A stretch of DNA of 64,000 nucleotides from Chloroflexota bacterium (GTDB lineage Bacteria; Chloroflexota; UBA11872; VXNJ01). Below the pieces are notes generated by a model. It searched no databases. It saw only the letters and a list, made by a program, of their open reading frames with translations, and was not told the origin of the DNA. The stretch spans positions 3,128-67,127 of the forward strand of contig JASLPR010000003.1 of the NCBI GenBank assembly GCA_030744875.1, in the 5' to 3' direction. A program made the translations under genes and the position numbers. Shown here in pieces: positions 57,604 to 64,000 of the stretch (its first letter is position 1; each line of letters opens with the position of its first letter).

Positions 57604-59418
57604 ATGGATCTGGATCGCGAAGACCCGGGACTGGCGGCGGACGGCGCCGGGCGCAGCGCGCTGGTCGAGTCGGCCTATGTGCATCTGCGGGTGCTGGGCG
57701 AGACGCTCGAAATCGCGGAACTGGCGGCGAAGGCCTATCGGACCGCCTCAACGCTGCCGGCGGCGCTGCTGGATGAATTGGCCGGCCGGCTGGCGACAGA
57801 CGCTCGCTTTCGCGGGGCGGACGGGGCCTGGGGACTGGTGGAGTGGTACCTGCGGGCGCGGCCGTTTGACGAGGTGGAGTTTGTAGCCTTTGACGTGGAG
57901 ACGAATGGCGGGCGCTCGGGCCGCCACCGGATAATCGAGCTGGGGGCGGTGCGGTTCCGGGGCGAGCGTGAGCTGGGGCACTTTCAGTCGATGGTGGCGC
58001 TGGATCGGCCGGTGCCGAAGTTCGTGACCGAGCTGACCGGGATCGAATCAGAAATGCTCGAAGGGGCTCCGCCGGTGGAGGCGGTGCTGGGCGATTTCGC
58101 CGAGTTCAGCACCGGCGCAATCCTGGTGGCGCACAACCTGGCGGCCGACTTGGCTTACCTGAACCACGAGGCGATCTGGGCCGGATTGCCCTACTTCCCG
58201 GGCGAGGGCCTTGACACGATGGAACTGCACGCGGCGCTGCTGCCCGAGGTGGGCCAGGTGAGCCTGACCAGCGCGCTGGCGCATTTTGGCGAGTCGGAGC
58301 CCGGCGCCCACCGGGCGCTGGCCGACGCGAACTCGGTGCGCAAGTTGCTGGGGTACTTCTTGAAGATGGCCGCCGAAAAGGGCGCCGCGACCGTGGCCGA
58401 GGTCTACGAACTGGGCCGCGATGAGGACGGCAAGACGCCTCTGGTGCGGCGTCGCCGGGAACTGGCGCGCTGGGCGTCGCTGAACATGCCGGCCCTGCCG
58501 GGGGTATATGTGTTCCGGGACCGCAAGGGGAACGGGCTGTACGTTGGAAAATCAAACTCGCTGCAGCGCCGGGTGCGCAGTCATTTCACCGGCGGGCGCG
58601 GCTATTCGCTGAAGTGGGACGGGTTGCTGGAGGCGACTGCCTATATCGACCACGAGGTGGCCGGTTCGGACCTGGTGGCGCTGCTGCGCGAGGACGACCT
58701 GATCGGCGAGTTGCGGCCGCCCTACAACGTGCAACTGGCGTGGCGGGCGGCGGCACGGATCGTGCGCCTGGGACCGGCCGAAGACCCGGTGGTGGGGTGC
58801 GTGCGGCGGACCGCCGATGACGGAGCGACCTACATCGGCCCCTACCGCAGCGCGAATCACGCGCGGGCGCTGGTGGCGGGAGTGCGGCGGGCGTTCGGGT
58901 TGCCTTCGCGTCGGGATCGCTTTGCGGTGAAATCGGACCTGCCGCGCCAGGCGGCGGCCATCTACCTGGCCCACGGCAAGGCGACGGCGCTGGAGTTCTT
59001 GGAGCGCGAGGCGGGCCGCGACGGCGACGAGGTGGCGGTGATGGCGCGACGGCTGCGGCGGCTGCGACTGGATCACCGGCCAGTGCCCGGCGGGCTGGCC
59101 GGCGCGCGGATAATGGCGGTGCACCACGGGGCGGAGCCGGGCGAGGTGGAATTTCGCCTGATCGTGAACGCCGAAATCCAACGCGAGGTCGGGCTGCACC
59201 TGCCGACCCGCAGCGAGGTGCGGGATGTGCTGGCCACCTTCCGCGAACTCCGCCCGGAACTGCCGAAGGAACGCAACGAGAGCCGGGAGAATTTGCTGCT
59301 GGCCTGGATCCACCAACGCTATGGCAACGACGCGATCGCGGTGCTGGACGGCGAGGGCGAGAACGGACGGGTATTCGGCAGGGTGTGGCGCCGGGTGCGG
59401 GCGTTGACCCGGAACTAG
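57604..59418 (+). CDS. DnaQ-like 3'-5' exonuclease (DEDDh) fused to a GIY-YIG nuclease domain
   Basis: ATG 57604 lies in the same frame as the long track ORF. Exo I FVAFDVETNG, Exo II LVAHNLAADL and Exo III HRALADA are followed by GVYVFRDRKGNGLYVGKSNSLQRRVRSHF (GIY-YIG). Confidence 0.8.
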   Translation: MDLDREDPGLAADGAGRSALVESAYVHLRVLGETLEIAELAAKAYRTASTLPAALLDELAGRLATDARFRGADGAWGLVEWYLRARPFDEVEFVAFDVETNGGRSGRHRIIELGAVRFRGERELGHFQSMVALDRPVPKFVTELTGIESEMLEGAPPVEAVLGDFAEFSTGAILVAHNLAADLAYLNHEAIWAGLPYFPGEGLDTMELHAALLPEVGQVSLTSALAHFGESEPGAHRALADANSVRKLLGYFLKMAAEKGAATVAEVYELGRDEDGKTPLVRRRRELARWASLNMPALPGVYVFRDRKGNGLYVGKSNSLQRRVRSHFTGGRGYSLKWDGLLEATAYIDHEVAGSDLVALLREDDLIGELRPPYNVQLAWRAAARIVRLGPAEDPVVGCVRRTADDGATYIGPYRSANHARALVAGVRRAFGLPSRRDRFAVKSDLPRQAAAIYLAHGKATALEFLEREAGRDGDEVAVMARRLRRLRLDHRPVPGGLAGARIMAVHHGAEPGEVEFRLIVNAEIQREVGLHLPTRSEVRDVLATFRELRPELPKERNESRENLLLAWIHQRYGNDAIAVLDGEGENGRVFGRVWRRVRALTRN

Positions 59419-59502
59419 CGTCGGCGGAAGGTGTGGGCGAAGCCGGCGGCAGGCATTAACCCGGAACTAGGGTCGGCGGAAGGTCTGGGCGAAACCGGCG
59501 GC
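59407..59502. repeat. two 44-bp direct repeat copies (3 mismatches) with a 52-bp period
   Basis: Copy 1, at 59407-59450, is ACCCGGAACTAGCGTCGGCGGAAGGTGTGGGCGAAGCCGGCGGC. Copy 2, at 59459-59502, is ACCCGGAACTAGGGTCGGCGGAAGGTCTGGGCGAAACCGGCGGC. The spacer is AGGCATTA. Each copy carries a palindromic CTAG used as a stop codon: plus-strand TAG 59416-59418, and minus-strand TAG at 59467-59469. Confidence 0.9.
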
Positions 59503-59841
59503 GATGAAGCTTTCGGCCGGGTGGTCGATTTCTTCTTCGAGTGGCAACTGGCGGCGGCGGGCGGTGGCGTGGTAACCGTCGCGACACTTGTTGGTGGTGA
59601 TGCGGAAAAGCCAGGCGCGGAAGTTGCCGCCCTGAAAGTGCGGGATGGCGCGGAGGGCGGCGATAAAGGTCTCCTGGGCGGCGTCATCGGCGGCGTCGAA
59701 GTCGCCGGTGAAACGGAGGCAGAGATTGAAGACACCGTCCTGGTGAAGGGCGACCAGACGCTCGTAGGCGGCGCGGTCACCGGCGACCGCGGCCCGGACA
59801 TCGCGTTCTTCGTCTGATGGCGTGTGGGGAGCGGTTGCCAC
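59467..59841 (-). CDS. ECF sigma-70 fragment (region 2 only, no region 4)
   Basis: GTG 59839-59841 overlaps the pabB-like stop (TAGTG). The 124-aa product contains AAVAGDRAAYERLVALHQDGVFNLCLRFTGDFDAADDAAQETFIAALRAIPHFQGGNFRAWLFRITTNKCRD (sigma-2). It stops ~35 aa later, with no helix-turn-helix region 4. Confidence 0.6.
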   Translation of the reverse strand: MATAPHTPSDEERDVRAAVAGDRAAYERLVALHQDGVFNLCLRFTGDFDAADDAAQETFIAALRAIPHFQGGNFRAWLFRITTNKCRDGYHATARRRQLPLEEEIDHPAESFIAAGFAQTFRRP

Positions 59842-61208
59842 TAGCCGCCGCCGAGAATCTGCCGCAGGGCGGCGGCCTTGTGCTCGGTCTCGACGTATTC
59901 GTCGGCGGGATCGGAGTCGGCGACGATGGCCCCGCCGGCATGGAATTGGAAGCGGTCCCCGGCGGCGTAGATGGTGCGGATGGCGATGCTGCTGCTCAGA
60001 TGACCGTCGAAACCGATGGCCGCGATGGCGCCGCAGTAGCCGCCACGCGGGACGGGTTCGAGCTCGGCGATGATCTCCATAGCGCGGATCTTGGGTGCGC
60101 CGGTGACGGATCCGCCGGGGAAACAGGCGGCGAGGACATCGGCGGGGGTGACGCCGGGACGGGGTGCGGCGACGACCCGCGATTCCAGGTGGTGGACGGT
60201 GGGGAGCGTGCGCAGGCCGACGAGCTCGGGAACGTGAACCGAACCGGTGGCGGCGATGCGGCCGAGGTCGTTGCGGAGGACGTCGACGATCATGACGTTT
60301 TCGGCGCGGTCCTTGGGGCTGTTGCGAAGATCGTCGACGAGACGCTGGTCTTCGTCTGGACCCGCGCTGCGGGGGCGGGTGCCCTTGATGGGGCGGGTCT
60401 CGATATGGTGGCGGTCGCCGTGCAGAAAGGTCTCGGGCGAGATGGAAATGGTGGCGCGTCGGCCGTCGCACAGGAAGGCGGCCATGGGGGCGGGGTAGCG
60501 GGTTTGGAGACGCTCGTAGACCTGAAAAGCGGGCAACGGGAGCCGGCCTTGGAGCCGGCGCGAAAGGTTGACCTGGTAGATGTCGCCGGCGGTGATGTAG
60601 TCGAGGGCGCGCTCGACCATGGCGGCGTAGCGGTCGGCGTCGATGTCGGAGTGGATGGGGGTGGGTTTGGAGTCGGCCGGCGAGTCATTCGGGATGGCGG
60701 CTTCGAAGAGCGCGCGGCGGTCGCCGCGTGTGCGGTTGGGCCGGGGGTCAAAGCTGCGGCAGATCAGCCAGTTGCGGCCGGCGCGGTTGTCGCGGGCGAC
60801 GACCCAATCGTAGAGATGGAAACGGGCGATGTCGGTCCCGGCGGGGACCCGGGCGCCGCGGACGCGGTCGAGCGCGTAGCCGGCCTCGTAGTCGATTTGC
60901 CCGATGGCGCCGCCCTGGAAGGGGGGGAGGTTGGGGAGGGTCTCGGCGCGATACTGCGCGAGCCAGGCGGAGAGGGCGGCAAACCCGGTGGACGGCGCCA
61001 GGGGCCCGGCTAAGGCGGATTCGGCGCCGCCGGTGCTCCAACGGAAGCGGTCGATCGGATCGGCGGTGAGATAGCCGAAGCCGGTCTCGTCGCCCTCGAG
61101 CAGGGCCAGCCCCGGCAGGCCGGCGAGCGCCGGGGCCAACCGGTGCAGCGGCGCGTCGTTGGCGAGCTCGTGAACGGTGGTGGTGCTCGGTGAGGCTACG
61201 GTCAGCAT
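59841..61208 (-). CDS. aminodeoxychorismate/anthranilate synthase component I family (PabB-like)
   Basis: 455-aa ORF. Chorismate-binding domain motifs SPE.F, G.IETRPIKGT, N.MIVD..RND, GGSVTGAPK, RG.Y.GAIG. Confidence 0.85.
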   Translation of the reverse strand: MLTVASPSTTTVHELANDAPLHRLAPALAGLPGLALLEGDETGFGYLTADPIDRFRWSTGGAESALAGPLAPSTGFAALSAWLAQYRAETLPNLPPFQGGAIGQIDYEAGYALDRVRGARVPAGTDIARFHLYDWVVARDNRAGRNWLICRSFDPRPNRTRGDRRALFEAAIPNDSPADSKPTPIHSDIDADRYAAMVERALDYITAGDIYQVNLSRRLQGRLPLPAFQVYERLQTRYPAPMAAFLCDGRRATISISPETFLHGDRHHIETRPIKGTRPRSAGPDEDQRLVDDLRNSPKDRAENVMIVDVLRNDLGRIAATGSVHVPELVGLRTLPTVHHLESRVVAAPRPGVTPADVLAACFPGGSVTGAPKIRAMEIIAELEPVPRGGYCGAIAAIGFDGHLSSSIAIRTIYAAGDRFQFHAGGAIVADSDPADEYVETEHKAAALRQILGGG

Positions 61209-61236
61209 GGCGTCATGTTAAGCCGACCGGACCCGG

Positions 61237-61307
<71 letters not shown>

Positions 61308-61427
61308 GCGAGGGACGCTGACAGCCGTCCCAGCACCCCGGATTTTACTGCACCCCGGACGTGGTCGGTAGGATGACCGACGGAGAAGAGCGGTCGGCGG
61401 CGATCGACTGAGAGTGGAGCTGCCCTG

Positions 61428-62357
61428 ATGGAAATGGTCGAGCGATACCGCGGCGCGATACTGGGTATGGCTCTGGGCGACGCGCTGGGGATGCCGGTGG
61501 AGTTTCCGGATCCGAATCCGACGGAATCGGTGCGGGAGATCCTGCCGGCGCCGCACCGCGGGGTGGCGGCGGGGACCTGGACCGACGACACCTCGATGGC
61601 GCTATGCCTGGCCGAAAGTCTGATCGAGCGCGGCGGGATGGACGCGGCGGATCAATTGCAGCGCTACCTGCGCTGGTATCGCGAGGGGCACCTGAGCGCG
61701 GAAGAAGAATGTTTCGGGATCGGGCCGACGGTGCGGGCGGAATTGGAGCGTCTTGAGGGGGGAGTGGCGACGGATCTGATCGGCGACCCGGAGGCGATCA
61801 CGAACGGCGCGATCATGCGGGTGGCGCCGGTGCCGCTGGCGTTTCGTCGCGACCGTGACGCGGCCATCGCGGCGGCCGGAGAAAGCTCAAAGACGACGCA
61901 TCGCGCGGCGGACTCGGTGGATGCCTGCCGCTATTTCGCCGCGCTGATGGTGGGGGCGCTGGACGGGGCCCGGAAGGGAGCGTTTCTGGCTCCAGGGTAC
62001 CCGGCCAACGGACCCTGGAATGACGAGCCGCTGGCGCCCCGGGTGCAGGCCGTGACGGACGGTTCCTTTCGGGACAACGAGCCGCCGGAGATCAGCGGGG
62101 CCAACGACGTGGTGAAGACGCTAGAGGCGGCGCTGTGGGCGTTCAATCGCACCGACGAGTTCGAGGACGGCTGCGTGCAGGCCGTGGCGCTGTGGCTGGA
62201 CGCGGATACGACCGGGGCGGTGTACGGCGCGCTGGCCGGCGCCCATTATGGCGAGGCGGCCCTGCCGGAGCGCTGGCTGGAAAAGTTGCGACATCGAGAT
62301 CTGCTGGTTGATTTCGCCGAGGGGCTATACCGGCTCTCCGAGCGGCTGCCCGGATAG
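61428..62357 (+). CDS. ADP-ribosylglycohydrolase family protein
   Basis: 309-aa ORF. N-terminal RYRGAILGMALGDALGMPVEF, and C-terminal DADTTGAVYGALAGAHYG, the metal-binding motifs of the ARH family. Confidence 0.85.
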   Translation: MEMVERYRGAILGMALGDALGMPVEFPDPNPTESVREILPAPHRGVAAGTWTDDTSMALCLAESLIERGGMDAADQLQRYLRWYREGHLSAEEECFGIGPTVRAELERLEGGVATDLIGDPEAITNGAIMRVAPVPLAFRRDRDAAIAAAGESSKTTHRAADSVDACRYFAALMVGALDGARKGAFLAPGYPANGPWNDEPLAPRVQAVTDGSFRDNEPPEISGANDVVKTLEAALWAFNRTDEFEDGCVQAVALWLDADTTGAVYGALAGAHYGEAALPERWLEKLRHRDLLVDFAEGLYRLSERLPG

Positions 62358-62427
62358 CGCGAAAACGGACTGTGGGAGGGGTATCATCGGGAATGGCAAG
62401 GATGATCAATTTCCCCGAGGTGGACCA

Positions 62428-64000
62428 GTGATTCGAGTCGAGCGAGCGAGCGCGGCGAAGGCGGCGGCGGCGCTGCTGGCGCTGCTGCTGGCCGGATGTG
62501 GGGACGCGGCGGCAGCTTCGGAGCCGGAGCCCGCTCCGGTGGGAGAGGTGGCGCCGGCGGCCGAGCCGGAGACGGAATCGGTCACGATTGATTTTGGCGA
62601 TGTGAACGTGGCGGGCATGGACGAGTATCCGACGACGCCGGAAGAGTGTATCTGCGGGGATGAGGCGCTGGAACTGCTGGAGCAGTTGAACGAAGAGAGG
62701 GCACAGAAGGCGGCGGCCGAGGAATAGGCGTTGGGGAACGGCACTCGCCGGAGGCGGTGGTGGAAACGGTGGAGGTGGTGAAGGAGGTGGAGGTGATCCG
62801 GGAGGTGCCGGTGGAGAAGATCGTGATCCGTGAAGTGATCGTCGAGGTGCCGGTGGCGGCCGAGGAAACCGCACCGGCGGTGGTCGCCACCGAGATCGAG
62901 GTGCGTTGGAACGGGCTTGATCCCTTGAGCCAGGAGGCGGCTCTGCGGGAGGCGGCGAGATTCGAAGATGAAACCGGAATTGCGATTCGGCCGGGTTTCA
63001 CGGACTCGGCATCCTCCTTCCAGAAGATCACGACCGGCTTCGCGGCCGGGACGGTGCCGGATATCTGGCAGGCGGGCGGCCTGTGGACACCGGTCCTGGC
63101 GAGCCGCGGTGGGACCCTGCGGCTGGACGGATTCGTGGACGAGTGGGACGGTTGGCCCGATTGGTATCCGGTGGCCCGGGAGGACGTGGAGTACGAAGGC
63201 GGGGTCCACGGAATCCCGTATCGAGTGCACTACCGCGGCAATCCGGTGATCCGGCTCTCGTACTTCGAGGGCCTGGGCGTCGAGCCGACCCCGCCGACGA
63301 CCTGGGAGGAACTGGACGAGGCGGCGCAACGGCTGACGATCCGGGATGGCACGCGCTAGATGTTGGCGGGCTTCAACGCTCAGCACAGCACCCAAGTGTA
63401 CGAGGATTGGCACACCCAGGCCGATGGGTCGCACTTCAACACCGATCTGACGCGCCCGACCAACGATACGCTGGAGGGCTTCGCGGCCCTGAGCCAGCAT
63501 GTTCGACATGGCCTGGTCTCGGAGGCTATGCCTCCGGAGGGGGTTGATTCGGGAATACCCAACCTGTATTCGTTCTGTGCGGGGCGGGTGGCGATTCAGC
63601 AGCTTTGGCCGGGGGACATCGCCAACTGCGAGGTGAACGTGCCGGATGTGCTTGAAGACATCATGGTCGGGGAGCCGTTCGGTGGCCCGGAGAAACAGGG
63701 CCTGCAGTTATTGGTGGACAAATACATAGTCTACAGGCTGACGAGGGACCCGGACGCGTGCTTCGCGGCGCTGGAATGGCTGAGCCGGGTGGACGTGAAC
63801 AAGGCGATCAACGTGGAGTGGCGGCGGGCGATGCCTGCCGGCAGGCGGCGGAGTCGCTGGATCTCTACCAGATCTCACCGCGGCGGGAGTTCGTGGCCAA
63901 TCGGGCCTTCGGGGTGCGACGGCCGGTCGTGGAGAACCACTTTGATGTGCAGCCGGCGATGGGGCGGTGGGTGGAGAAGGCGGCCCTGGATGAGGTTTCG
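62428..64000 (+). pseudogene. ABC-transporter extracellular solute-binding lipoprotein (family 1-like), disrupted; runs off the right edge
   Basis: GTG 62428 (GAGGTGG upstream) gives MIRVERASAAKAAAALLALLLAGCG (lipobox). This frame ends at TAG 62725-62727. The SBP body continues in another frame from ~62757, with a V/E-rich linker VVETVEVVKEVEVIREVPVEK then ..GTVPDIWQAGG... It reaches an in-frame TAG at 63357-63359 (..TIRDGTR*MLAGFNAQ..). The frame changes again near 63840 (..EWRRAMPA | QAAESLDLYQISPRREFVANRAF..). Confidence 0.68.

Overview
High-GC (about two-thirds G+C by eye), densely coding bacterial chromosomal window made up mostly of housekeeping operons. These are argC-J-B-D-G-H (1-5940, minus strand, no argF), and murJ-lepA on the plus strand. 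A ~17-kb co-directional minus-strand run reads mraZ-rsmH-ftsL-ftsI-ftsW-murG-murC-murB-ftsQ-ftsA-ftsZ-yggS-yggT-DUF167-hisS-hisH-hisA-hisF-hisI (33012 down to 16224). Also present are RNase HI, citrate synthase, eno-larB-larC-CoA transferase, dnaE, pabB-like and one tRNA-Cys(GCA). I saw no rRNA, CRISPR array, transposase, integrase or obvious defence island. Many long antisense ORFs in the track are high-GC artefacts. The main unusual signal is that about seven accessory genes are interrupted while every core gene reads through cleanly. The interrupted genes are two glycosyltransferases flanking an intact GH57, a TadG-like protein, a lipoprotein cupredoxin-cytochrome c-cd1 fusion, an HDOD-like remnant and an ABC solute-binding lipoprotein, plus a sigma-2-only ECF fragment. 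The interruptions are in-frame TGA/TAG/TAA codons and/or 1-nt frame changes. I read this as gene decay or consensus error rather than recoding, but it needs read-level checking. Secondary observations: a 44-bp direct repeat (52-bp period) at a convergent gene junction; a three-box MraZ-type operator; a dcw cluster lacking murE/murF/mraY/murD; an acidic insertion in DnaE; and two genes whose conserved N-termini lie upstream of any canonical start codon. The phylum cannot be established from the sequence alone. FtsA plus this dcw/yggS/yggT layout and V/E-rich lipoprotein linkers are compatible with a Chloroflexota/Thermomicrobia-like organism, which is a low-confidence inference.
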